A DNA stretch of 64,000 nt from Verrucomicrobiia bacterium. GTDB lineage: Bacteria; Chloroflexota; Dormibacteria; Aeolococcales; Bog-877. How positions within the stretch are numbered: position 1 is the first letter of the stretch; the number at the start of each line of letters is the position of its first letter. The notes under the pieces were generated by a model. The model saw nothing but the letters and a program-made list of their open reading frames with translations, did not search any database and was not told the origin of the DNA. Shown in pieces: positions 18,088 to 27,346 of the stretch. Position numbers and translations under genes: made by a program. Location: assembly GCA_035532155.1 (NCBI GenBank), contig DATKRN010000069.1, positions 3,233 through 67,232 on the forward strand. The letters are read 5' to 3'.

Positions 18088-20733
18088 CTAGGGGCTGTCG
18101 GGTCCCCCGGGCACGGCAGCCGCCGTCCCGACCGGCATCCACCCGTCCTCTCCGGCCTGGGCGAGTCCCCCCCGTCCGCTGGGGTGAGGCTGCGCCCGGG
18201 GGGGCGATGGGGGTGCCTCCCGGTGCAGGAGTCGCCCGAGCGCGCTGGCCAGGAAGAGGGCCGCGGCCGCCAGCGCCAGCCACCACCACACTCCCACCCA
18301 GCCGCCCCGCGTGAGCACTGCTGGGTCGGTGGCGGAGAGGAGCCGCCCGCCGGTCTGGACCGCGAGCTGGCCCAGGCCGGTGGCGTCCCCCGGCTGGGGC
18401 CGGTACTCGCTCGGATACGGCACGACGACCCTCCCGGAGAGGGCGGGGAGCCGACCCCCGAAGCTGAGGCGGACCGGGTGGACGCCGCTCGCGACGCCGG
18501 TCAGATCGGCCCGAAAGATCAAAGGTGCGACCTCCACCAGCCGAAGGGTGCGGCCCGTCCCGCCGGCGGTGGCGAGCGCCGCGCCGACGGTCGTGACGGC
18601 GAGGCCGGAGGTCCCCGCCCCCGCCAGGTCGACCTGGAGCTGGGGCGGAGATCCCAGGATGACCGAGGGGGAGACGGCCGGGGCGGCCGGGGCGCGCTCG
18701 ACCCAGCGCACCATCTGGTTCCAGAGCGGGGTTCGGGTGCTCCAGGCCAGCGCCCAGGGTGCTCCGACCCCGGGGGTCCAGGTCACGACCCGGCCCAGCC
18801 CGACCTGCCACTGGGCCAGCACCGGGTTCAGGCTTCGGCCCGGCCCGCGGCCCAGCAGATCGGCGAGCGCGCCGGGCGCCAGGGTGGTGATGACGTTGCC
18901 ACCGAGCGGGGGGAGGGCCTGTCCCGCCAGCGATCCGACCACCGGGCTGTCCGTGCCGGGGCGCACCGCCACCGGGCCGTGCACCCTTACCGGCTTGACC
19001 GCGAAGGCCGTTTCCTTGGCGAAGATGCCGGGGAGCTGGCGGGCGTTGTCGGTGACGTAGGCGTGGCCTCCGGTGGCCTGCGCGATCCGCCGTAGCAGGC
19101 TGCGGTCGGCGTCGCTCCCCAGCGCCACGGTGGCCACCTGGACGTGGTCCCGACGCAGCTGCTGCAGCAGGGGGGCGTAGTTCTCGGGCTGGCTGATGCC
19201 ATCGGTCATCAGGATCAGGTGCTTCTGCGGGGCCGGGCTCGCGAGCAGCTGGCGCGCTCCCGCCTGGAGCCCGGCGAAGATGTCGGTCCCGCCGCTGGCC
19301 TGGAGGCCGTTCACCGCCGTGATCACGTGGTGCTCGACCGCTCCCCGGGTGACCCGCTGGATCGGGACCAGGACGTGCGCCGCGACGTCAAAGTCGACCA
19401 CCCCCAGCTGATCCGAGTGCGCGGCGATGAACTGGGCCGTCTGGGTCCCCGCCACGTGGACCATGTCGATCTTGGGCACCCCGCCGGCCAGGTCGATCAT
19501 CGAGCCGGAGTGGTCCAGCACCAGCTCGATCGCCACGTTCTGGCGCTGGAGGTTTCCGGGCACCAGGCTGGTGACCGGCAGCAGCGACTGCAGCGGCGAG
19601 TGGGCGTAGTCGCCCAGCGAGAAGCTGTGAGGCCCGCCCAGCACCACCAGGCCGAGACCGTCCGACCGCACCGCCTGGGAGAGGGCGGCCACGTGGGCGG
19701 CTGTCAGCGCCGCCGCGGGCAGGTCGTTGAGCACCACCGTGTCGAGCCCGGCGTAGCCGGCGGGGCTCAGCGGCAGGTCGGCGGGAGTGCGGGGGCTGAC
19801 CCGCAGCCCGAGATGCCCGAGCATCGCGGTGAGGGCGCTGCGGTCCGGACCGGGGCTGCCCACGGCCAGGACCCGGGGGGCCGCCAGCACCTGGCTCACC
19901 GCCGCGAGCCGGTTGTTCTGCGGCCTCGTGTCGCCCGGCAGCGCGATCTGCACCACGAACGACGCCCAACCCGGCGCCGCCGCCGTGTACGTGAGCAGGA
20001 ACGGGGTATCTCCGGTCCGGAGCTGGACCGTCTGGGAGGCTGTCGGGGCCCCCGCGCGGGCCACCGAGAGGGTGGCCCGCGCGGTCACGGTGCTGCGCAC
20101 CGTGACCAGGAGCGGGATCGAGTCACCGCTGCGCACGACCGCGGGAGCCTGCACTGCCGTCACCGCCGCGTCCCGGCGCCTCGGGTCCGTGAGGGCCACG
20201 ACATCGACCCTCACGTGGCGCGCGCGCGCCAGCGGGACAGCGTTGAGGAGATCGCCGCGGGTGGGGGTGCCGCCGCTCAGCAGCACCACCCGTCCCCCCC
20301 GTGGGGTCAGCGCCACAGCGGCCCGCACCCCCGATCCGATGTCGCTCGCGCCCGCGGACGGCCCGCGCGGCGTGCTCGCCCGAATCGCAGCTGCCGAATC
20401 CGGGACGGTGCGGGCTGTAGTCGCGACCTCGACCACGCGGCACGGCCGCGGGCACGCGGCGCGCACCTCGCGGGCCCACGCCATCTCGGTCGCGGCCATG
20501 CGGGCGTCGACGGAGGCCGACCGATCGAGCACCAGCACGGTCGCCGGGCGGGCGGCGAGGCTGATCTCAGGCTGGGCCAGCGCGAGTCCCACCAGCATGG
20601 CCGCCAGCCCCTGAGCCAGCACCCTGCGCCGGGGCCGACCCCGGTACCGTCGCACGCTGGCCGCGGCGACAACCAGCAGCACCAGCACGGCGGGGGCGGC
20701 CTGGGGCGCGACCAGCCCAACTCTCACGGACAA
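18088..20733 (-). CDS. Large von Willebrand factor A (VWA) domain membrane protein (BatA/BatB-like)
   Basis: N-terminal TM helix and C-terminal TM helix. MIDAS motifs VLDRSASVD and VLDHSGSM plus GGTDIFAGL. 881 aa. Confidence 0.8.
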   Translation of the reverse strand: MSVRVGLVAPQAAPAVLVLLVVAAASVRRYRGRPRRRVLAQGLAAMLVGLALAQPEISLAARPATVLVLDRSASVDARMAATEMAWAREVRAACPRPCRVVEVATTARTVPDSAAAIRASTPRGPSAGASDIGSGVRAAVALTPRGGRVVLLSGGTPTRGDLLNAVPLARARHVRVDVVALTDPRRRDAAVTAVQAPAVVRSGDSIPLLVTVRSTVTARATLSVARAGAPTASQTVQLRTGDTPFLLTYTAAAPGWASFVVQIALPGDTRPQNNRLAAVSQVLAAPRVLAVGSPGPDRSALTAMLGHLGLRVSPRTPADLPLSPAGYAGLDTVVLNDLPAAALTAAHVAALSQAVRSDGLGLVVLGGPHSFSLGDYAHSPLQSLLPVTSLVPGNLQRQNVAIELVLDHSGSMIDLAGGVPKIDMVHVAGTQTAQFIAAHSDQLGVVDFDVAAHVLVPIQRVTRGAVEHHVITAVNGLQASGGTDIFAGLQAGARQLLASPAPQKHLILMTDGISQPENYAPLLQQLRRDHVQVATVALGSDADRSLLRRIAQATGGHAYVTDNARQLPGIFAKETAFAVKPVRVHGPVAVRPGTDSPVVGSLAGQALPPLGGNVITTLAPGALADLLGRGPGRSLNPVLAQWQVGLGRVVTWTPGVGAPWALAWSTRTPLWNQMVRWVERAPAAPAVSPSVILGSPPQLQVDLAGAGTSGLAVTTVGAALATAGGTGRTLRLVEVAPLIFRADLTGVASGVHPVRLSFGGRLPALSGRVVVPYPSEYRPQPGDATGLGQLAVQTGGRLLSATDPAVLTRGGWVGVWWWLALAAAALFLASALGRLLHREAPPSPPRAQPHPSGRGGLAQAGEDGWMPVGTAAAVPGGPDSP

Positions 20734-20766
20734 GGATCCCCGACGCTCAGCCCGGGCGTGGGCCGG

Positions 20767-22206
20767 TCACCAAGCCGGCGACAGACGGTCCCGCTCCGCG
20801 AAGTACCGCAGCACGATGCTGCGATCGGCCGCGATCACCCCGCCTCCGGTGGCGGGCACCAACGGGAGGCCGGCCGCCCGCTGGCCTGGGGACCCGCCGG
20901 CGCGCACCGAGCGAGGTGATCCCGCCCCGCCCGCGCGAGCAGGTGCGGTGGCCGGCGGGCGCGTGGTGGCGGCGCTGCGGGCGGGGGCGAAGCCGGATTG
21001 GATCGGAAGTCTCCCAGGCAGCCGGGTCGACGAGGAGGAGAGGGCGTGGCCGTCCCGGGTGGTGCCTCGTTGGCGACCGGCGGACCCCCCGCCGGGGGGT
21101 GACGGGTGGCGGGCTGACGTGACCCCCCGCGTTCCCGGTCGGGCCGGCGCCGGCGTGCCGCCTCGTCGGGGGGAGCGCGTCGCATCCACGAGGGCGAGCG
21201 GTGCCGGAGCGGTGGCGGGGCGAGCGATGTGGGCGCCGCCGGCCGCGCCGGTGGCCTGGCCCGGCGAGCCCTGAGGGCTGCTCGTCGCTGGTGGGTTGGC
21301 CGGCGAGGCCGCCGCGCCGTGGGACCCAGCCCTCCCGCCCGAGGGACCCGGGGCACCCCGGCGGCCCGGGGCGCCCGCCGGGGACGGCTGGCTGCTCGCC
21401 GTCCGTGGCGCCGCCATGCCGGGTGCTCCCGGGATCGACGTGGGGTGGGCGCCCGGCCGAGACGCGCTCCCACGGGGTCCGGTCGACGAGTGCCGCCCGG
21501 CCGGGTGGGCCGCTCCGGGCGCTCCCCCCGTGGGCCCACGCAGGGCAGCGCTCCCCCGCGTGCTCCCCGGCCGGGCCGCCGATGTGCGGGCCTGGACCCC
21601 GTGGGTGACCGCGAGCAGGAGCACCAGGGCGATCGCCGCGCCGGCTGCGGCGGTCCACTCAGCCGGGGCGCGGCGGAGGGCAGGACGTCCGGTTCGCACG
21701 GTTGTGCCGAGCAACTGGCCCGCCTCCGCCACCACCCGCCGAGACAGCCCACGGGGCGGTTCGCCACCGGCTGTGATCTCAACCGCGGTGGACACCCGGG
21801 CGGAGAGCTGGAACTCCCGGTCCAGCAGGCGTGCAGTCGCGGACAGCGTCGGGCGGGCCCGCCATCCCCGGATGCTTCCCAGCAGAAGCAGCACCGTCGC
21901 GCCCACCGGGTAGAGCTCGGGAGAGGGCGCTCCGAGCCCGAGGGCGACCACCTCAAGTGTGAGCGCGAGGAGCAGGGCGACGATCAGGTGCCGACGGATG
22001 AGCACGATCAGGCGAATGCGGTGGAGCCCGCGGCACCACTGCCCCAGCTCGTCCGCCACCCCGGCCGGGGTGGCGGCTCGATCATGGGCGCCCGAGCCGG
22101 TTGGCACCACCTGAACCACGTCACGCGGGTCGGCCCGCAGCCACCGCGCCACGACCGCGACGCTCAAAGCGACAGACCCTTGGTGTTGTCCAGCGGTGGC
22201 CGCCAT
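20767..22206 (-). CDS. Membrane protein with two TM helices and a long Pro/Ala/Gly/Ser-rich tail (MoxR/VWA-operon-type)
   Basis: ATG at 22204-06. TM segments LIVLIRRHLIVALLLALTLEVVALGL and AAAGAAIALVLLLAV, followed by about 300 aa of low complexity. The tail could be partly a GC-frame artefact. Confidence 0.45.
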   Translation of the reverse strand: MAATAGQHQGSVALSVAVVARWLRADPRDVVQVVPTGSGAHDRAATPAGVADELGQWCRGLHRIRLIVLIRRHLIVALLLALTLEVVALGLGAPSPELYPVGATVLLLLGSIRGWRARPTLSATARLLDREFQLSARVSTAVEITAGGEPPRGLSRRVVAEAGQLLGTTVRTGRPALRRAPAEWTAAAGAAIALVLLLAVTHGVQARTSAARPGSTRGSAALRGPTGGAPGAAHPAGRHSSTGPRGSASRPGAHPTSIPGAPGMAAPRTASSQPSPAGAPGRRGAPGPSGGRAGSHGAAASPANPPATSSPQGSPGQATGAAGGAHIARPATAPAPLALVDATRSPRRGGTPAPARPGTRGVTSARHPSPPGGGSAGRQRGTTRDGHALSSSSTRLPGRLPIQSGFAPARSAATTRPPATAPARAGGAGSPRSVRAGGSPGQRAAGLPLVPATGGGVIAADRSIVLRYFAERDRLSPAW

Positions 22207-22376
22207 GGTAGCATCAGCATCCTCGCGGGCCACTCGCGCCGTTGGGCGCCCACTTGGGAGGTCCGCGGGGGCGGAGCGGGCGGCCTGCCGGGTGCCGAGA
22301 GGGGGTTGATGGTGCGTACCGGTGGGGTTCTCGTGGGCTGTGATCGGGCGCCGGGCGGACAGGGGACGCACGGGGC

Positions 22377-24032
22377 GTGCGCCCTTGGGGAGGCCTCCGG
22401 GTGAGGCGGGCGCCGTTCGGAGCCGCGCTGGCGGCGGCGACCCTGCTGGCGGGGCTGGCCGTATCCGCGTGCAGCGGACCGGCGACCGCGACCAAGCTGA
22501 CCTATCGGGCACCCAGCTACCACGACTGGCCCTACTTCGGTCGCGATCGGAACGCCACCCGCTATGCGCCCCAGACGCAGATCACTACCAAGAACCTGGG
22601 CCGGCTCGGGGTGGCCTGGAGCACCGGCCTGGGCCCCGGGCAGTACCTCGTCGAGGGATTCCCGGTGGAGGTCGGGCGCACGCTCTACATCACGACCTCG
22701 ACCGACGAGGTCCAAGCGTACGATGCCGCCACCGGCCGGCTCCGGTGGCAGTTCACCCCCACCGTCGACTTCTCGGCGTCCCAGGGCGTGGGCGGCTACG
22801 GCGTCACCGTCAATCGAGGGGTCGCGATCTCGGGTGGCAAGGTGTACGAGGTCACCTTCGACGACCACCTGGTGGCGATCAGCCAGGCGACCGGGGAGCA
22901 GCTCTGGTCGTCGACGGTGACCAGCGATGCGACCGGCGCCTACGAGTCGATGGCACCCACGGTCTATGACGGTCTGGTCTACGTGGGGGTGTCGGGCAGC
23001 GACTACGGCGTGCGCGGGTTCATCGCCGCCTACAACGCGAACACCGGCCGCCAGGTGTGGCGCTTCTACACGGTGCCGGCGCCGGGCACCGGGTGGGTGC
23101 CCAAGAACGGGGGCGGGGGCGCGATCTACATGCCGCCGACGGTGGACACCAGCAACGGCTTGGTGTATGCCGGGACCGGCAATCCCGCGCCCACGCTGGT
23201 GGGCGTCCACCGGCCCGGGCTCGACCTCTACAGTGACTCGATCCTGGCCCTGCGCGCGCGCACCGGCAAGCTGGTCTGGTACCACCAGGAGGTGGCCCAC
23301 GACCTGTGGAACTACGATGCGGAGTCGCCGGTCATGATCGTGAACACACGCATCCACGGACGCACGGTCCATGCGGTGGCCGAAGCCGGCAAGAGCGGGT
23401 ACTTCTTCCTGATGAACGCCGCGACGGGCAAGGACCTCTTCCCCCGCCTGGCCTTCGTCCGAGAGGACCATCGGCCTCCGACCACCAAGGGAACGCTGGA
23501 GTGCCCCGGACCGGTGGGTGGCTCCCAGTACTCGCCGCTGGCATTCGATCCCCAAACCCAGGCGGCCTACGTCTCGGGGATCAATTTGTGCTTCATCCTC
23601 ACCGTCAACCCCAAGGTGAAGGGGGGCGAGAACTTCGGCGGCACTCGTGAGATTCCCGCCAAGGAGAAGCCGACCGGTGTCTTCGCGGCGGTGAACCTGA
23701 CCACCGGCCGCTTCCTCTGGCGTCGCACCATGCCCACGCCGATGATCGGCGGGGCCACCACCACCGCCAGCAACCTCGTGATGACAGGTGACCAGCACGG
23801 CACCTTCTACATCATGAACGCCAAGACCGGCCACACCCTGTGGACCGCCGACCTGGGCCTGGCTTTCGGCTCGGCCCCGATCGTCTACTCGATCGGGCGC
23901 ACCGAGTACATCGCCGTCGCCGTGGGTGGGTCGGCGACCACGCTGGGCAGCCATCTCGGGAAGGTGGGGGCCCGCCTGGTGGTGTTCCGGCTGGGAGGCG
24001 TTCCCGTCGCCAGGGCCGCGCTCGGGGCCTAG
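22377..24032 (+). CDS. PQQ-dependent alcohol dehydrogenase-family quinoprotein (8-bladed propeller), lipoprotein-anchored
   Basis: Lipobox LAVSAC. PQQ-ADH propeller repeats. Active-site region HDLWNYDAES (W-N-Y-D). No vicinal Cys-Cys pair. Close paralogue of the 30614..32263 gene. Confidence 0.85.
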   Translation: MRPWGGLRVRRAPFGAALAAATLLAGLAVSACSGPATATKLTYRAPSYHDWPYFGRDRNATRYAPQTQITTKNLGRLGVAWSTGLGPGQYLVEGFPVEVGRTLYITTSTDEVQAYDAATGRLRWQFTPTVDFSASQGVGGYGVTVNRGVAISGGKVYEVTFDDHLVAISQATGEQLWSSTVTSDATGAYESMAPTVYDGLVYVGVSGSDYGVRGFIAAYNANTGRQVWRFYTVPAPGTGWVPKNGGGGAIYMPPTVDTSNGLVYAGTGNPAPTLVGVHRPGLDLYSDSILALRARTGKLVWYHQEVAHDLWNYDAESPVMIVNTRIHGRTVHAVAEAGKSGYFFLMNAATGKDLFPRLAFVREDHRPPTTKGTLECPGPVGGSQYSPLAFDPQTQAAYVSGINLCFILTVNPKVKGGENFGGTREIPAKEKPTGVFAAVNLTTGRFLWRRTMPTPMIGGATTTASNLVMTGDQHGTFYIMNAKTGHTLWTADLGLAFGSAPIVYSIGRTEYIAVAVGGSATTLGSHLGKVGARLVVFRLGGVPVARAALGA

Positions 24033-24070
24033 CCAGGGGCGCCGCTGGTGCCCGAGCCAACCCTTCCGGG

Positions 24071-25099
24071 TCAGGCGCCTCGAGTCGGGACTCGGGCGAG
24101 CGCGTCCGAGATGATCTCCTCAGCGGTCACTGCGTGTCGCTCGGCGTCGAAGCTCAGCACCAGCCGGTGGCGGAGCCCGGGCAGGGCCACGGCGCGGATG
24201 TCCTCGGCCGCGAGGTGGTCCCGGCCGTCGAGCAGGGCGGTGATCCGCCCTGCCAGGCTGAGGGTGAGGGCGCCGCGGGGACTGGGTCCCAGGCGGACGA
24301 AGTCCCGCACCGGGGCGGCGGCGTCTGCCCCCGGCTGCAGCGCCAGCACCAACCGGCAGACGTAGTCGAGAATCTCGCCGCTGGCCCGGACCCGGGAGGC
24401 CAGGGCCCGCATCCGCCGGAGTTGTTCGGCATCAGCCTGGGGTCGGGCCCCGGGGACGGCCTCCCCGGTCGTCTCGGAGACGATGCGACTCAGCTCGACC
24501 TGGGAGGGGAACTCGAAGCGAAGCTTGAAGAAGAAGCGGTCCAGCTCTGCCTCGGGGAGGGGATAGGTGCCGTGCATTTCGACGGGGTTCTGGGTCGCCA
24601 TCACGCAGAAGGGCTGCGGGAGAGGATGGGTGACCCCGGCGATCGTCACCGTCCCCTCCTGCATCGCCTCGAGCAAAGCGCTCTGGGTGCGCGGCGATGC
24701 CCGGTTGATCTCGTCGGCCAGCACCAGGCCCGCGAAGACCGGACCCGGCTGGAAGCTGAGCCGCGGGGATCCCGCGGCGTCCTCCAGCAGGACGGTGGTG
24801 CCAGTGATGTCGGCCGGCATCAGGTCTGGGGTGAACTGGATTCGGCTGTACGGGAGGTCGAGGGCGGACGCGAATCCGCGGACCATGGTGGTCTTGCCGA
24901 GCCCGGGGGCACCTTCGAGCAGGGCGTGGCCCCCGGCGATCAGGCAGAGCAGCGCCCCGCGTACGGCCTCCGCCTGCCCCACTACCGAGGCGGCGACCGC
25001 GCCCTCGACGGCGAGGGCCGTGTCGCGGAAGGCGCGCGCAGCGGCGGGGGTGAGAGCGGCCCCGCCGCTCTCACCCCCAGTGTCCGAGGGGCTCCTCAT
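24071..25099 (-). CDS. MoxR-family AAA+ ATPase
   Basis: Walker A GAPGLGKT, Walker B LLADEINRASP, sensor region and the conserved MoxR C-terminal helical domain. 342 aa. Confidence 0.9.
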   Translation of the reverse strand: MRSPSDTGGESGGAALTPAAARAFRDTALAVEGAVAASVVGQAEAVRGALLCLIAGGHALLEGAPGLGKTTMVRGFASALDLPYSRIQFTPDLMPADITGTTVLLEDAAGSPRLSFQPGPVFAGLVLADEINRASPRTQSALLEAMQEGTVTIAGVTHPLPQPFCVMATQNPVEMHGTYPLPEAELDRFFFKLRFEFPSQVELSRIVSETTGEAVPGARPQADAEQLRRMRALASRVRASGEILDYVCRLVLALQPGADAAAPVRDFVRLGPSPRGALTLSLAGRITALLDGRDHLAAEDIRAVALPGLRHRLVLSFDAERHAVTAEEIISDALARVPTRGA

Positions 25100-25518
25100 T
25101 CGGCGCAGATGATAGTGGCGCTCTGGCTCATGCCGATGGTTGAGTGTGAAGCAGCTCCTCTCGTCCTCGCCGGATGTCTAGACGGGACCGGCCGAGCCCT
25201 CCTCGAAGGCGACGCGCCGAGGCGACTCGCTCCCCAGCGTGCAGCGCGCGCCCTCGTCACCCGGTTTGGTGTCTGATCGCACCTGTCGCGCCACTCACTC
25301 GGCCCCTGTCGCGTCTCGGTCGGTCCGGAGGACGGCACCACCTGGGCCCCGCGCCGGGTCGTGCCGATTCGGCTCGGTGTATCATGATCTGCAGCACTGA
25401 CGATAGAGAGGTTCAGGGTCGGGGCTCCGTCCGCCGACTCGGTTGGAGCGTCGTAGCCGTAGGATCGGGTATTCGTCCGGCGCGCCTCTGCGCGGTGCCG
25501 GACTCGCTGGAGGACAGC

Positions 25519-26421
25519 ATGGACAGGGATCGTGCGCTTGGCGGCGGAGGCTCAGGCCCGCTCGCTGGCGACAGCGGGCACGCCTGGCGGCGGCTGGCGT
25601 CAACCGGCGTGGCAGCGGTCGCTCTTCTGGGGGGCGCAGCGGCAACCGGCCTCCCAGTCGGGGCGACATCGGTGAGGTCTGCCCAAGTGGTCAACCCCGT
25701 CGCCCGGTTTCTCAGCGTGGATTCAGCCCAGCGGATGGTCACCCTGACGCTCCTCGCCGGATTTAAGAGCCCCAGCGTGAACGGATTCGACTTCAACGGA
25801 TACGCGGCCGGAGCTCTGACGGTCAGCACGCCGAAGGGCTGGAAGGTGATCGTCCACTGCGAGAGTCGGGGTAGTGGCGCCCATTCGTGCGCAATCGTGG
25901 CCAATGCCAAGGCGACGACTCCGGCGTTCATCCGCGCATCGACGACGAAGCCCAGCCAGGGGATTCCCGCCGGGCGGTCGGCCACCTTCTCATTCGTCCC
26001 GACCCGTGTGGGCCACTTTCTGCTGGCTAGCTTGGTCCGTGGGCAAGTTGCTCGTGGAATGTGGGACCACTTCAACGTGACGGCGGCGGGGATCCCTTCC
26101 ATCGCGGCTACAGCCGCCACCACCGGCGCGGCCGAGGTGCTCTCGATCGCGGCCAGTCCAGACGGCGCCCTCCGGTACACGAAGGCGGAGTTGATCGCCC
26201 CGCGCCCGGGCAAGATCACCATCAAGTTCACGAACAACTCACCCATCGTTCACGATTTCACGCTGGCGACGCCGGCTGGGGTTGTGATTGCGCACACGCC
26301 GGTCTTCATCGGGGGCACTCGGTCGCTCACGGTGACGCTCAAGGCTGGCGTGTACGGCTTCTACTGCTCGGTTGACCACCACGAGCTGGCCGGCATGCAG
26401 GGCACCTTGATCGTCAAGTAG
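25519..26421 (+). CDS. Two-domain cupredoxin: degenerate sulfocyanin-like N-domain plus intact plastocyanin/azurin-like C-domain; Tat-type signal
   Basis: ATG at 25519 in frame with track ORF 25174..26421. AWRRLASTGVAAVALLG signal. The N-domain is paralogous to the 16184 gene but has Cys-to-Ser and His-to-Gln changes at the Cu site (GHFLLASLVRGQVARGMWDH). The C-domain has the full ligand set: H (IVHDF), C-x4-H and M (FYCSVDHHELAGM). Confidence 0.75.
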   Translation: MDRDRALGGGGSGPLAGDSGHAWRRLASTGVAAVALLGGAAATGLPVGATSVRSAQVVNPVARFLSVDSAQRMVTLTLLAGFKSPSVNGFDFNGYAAGALTVSTPKGWKVIVHCESRGSGAHSCAIVANAKATTPAFIRASTTKPSQGIPAGRSATFSFVPTRVGHFLLASLVRGQVARGMWDHFNVTAAGIPSIAATAATTGAAEVLSIAASPDGALRYTKAELIAPRPGKITIKFTNNSPIVHDFTLATPAGVVIAHTPVFIGGTRSLTVTLKAGVYGFYCSVDHHELAGMQGTLIVK

Positions 26422-26466
26422 TCGCGTCCGCCCGGCGCGTCCAGCCACCGCGTTCGGGGGAGAAGT

Positions 26467-26496
26467 CCTGCCAGGCGGCGCAAGCCGCCTGGCAGG
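26467..26496 (+). terminator. 13-bp perfect stem hairpin with GCAA (GNRA) loop, 45 nt after the cupredoxin stop
   Basis: cctgccaggcggc gcaa gccgcctggcagg read directly. No U-tract, as is common in high-GC actinobacterial intrinsic terminators. Confidence 0.4.
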
Positions 26497-27346
26497 AGCC
26501 TGTGGGCGGCGCTGTACGCCTCGTCGTTGGGGGGGGCCTCTCTGGAAGCGACCCAGCCCGACAAGTGGTCAAGGGGGCGACGATCGCGTGGGCGCCGGTT
26601 CCGGACGCTCGGCTCCGAGACCGATGCCTTAGGCCGTACCGCGGGGGCAACGCTCGGGCTCCCGCACCGAGGTCGAGCGCGTCTGGCTTGGATGTGGAGC
26701 GGCCGGGTCGCGACCTTTCAGCGCGACAGCCCGGGTGGTGACGAGCAGATCGGGGCCTTTGCTCGGAGTGGCTTCTGCATGCCGGACCCCGGAGGAACAG
26801 CCTCCCGCCTCGCGGCGGTGGAGCCGTCGAGGTTCCGATAGGTGGCGCGGTCCGGGAGATGCGTGCATCGCCGCCAGGGGGGCCCAGGACTTCACGGGCG
26901 AAACCCGTCCAACCCACCTCACCTCCGGTGTGTCGAAAGCCAGGAGCTGGTCGCGGTTGCGCTGGCGGCCGGAAAGGTGTACCTTCACAACGATTCGGGT
27001 GGGGGACGCCTTCCTCACCCGGGGAAGGCGGGTTGAGGATTCGGGGGTGGCGTGGATCCGGTGCGAGCACGACGCGTTGGTCGGCGCCAAGAGCTGGGGT
27101 CAGGGGTGCCGCCGCTCCCAGCTCAGCGGGGCGTCGGGTCGACGCACCGGGGCCGAGGCCAGCTCCATGGCTCTAACGACGCCCTGCGGTCGTCGCAGGC
27201 CTGCCGAGGTTCTCCCGTGGGTCCGGCTCTGGGTCCATCGACCGACCTTGGATCCTGCAGATCGTGGGCCTTGACGCAGTTCCAGAGCCAGGCGGGGTGA
27301 GCGACGTAGAGTCCGTGCTGGCTGAGAACCCGGTAGATCGGCAAAC

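Noticed and set aside
16662-18314. Alternative 550-aa frame across the repeat-lipoprotein gene
   Set aside because: R/G/P-rich with no motifs. The 16561 frame carries the regular W-repeats and the lipobox.
20767-21700. Whether the 300-aa Pro/Ala/Gly/Ser tail of the 20767..22206 gene is real coding sequence
   Set aside because: Could be a GC-frame artefact, but the frame is continuous with two convincing TM helices and ends 34 bp before the VWA gene start. Kept as a low-confidence CDS rather than rejected outright.
25100-25520. Direct repeat of the tRNA-Gln 3' end (attL/attR) at the proposed island's far boundary
   Set aside because: I looked for ctggggcggaaggattcgaa-like sequence near 25.1-25.5 kb and did not see it by eye. 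The island hypothesis therefore rests on GC composition and the tRNA only.
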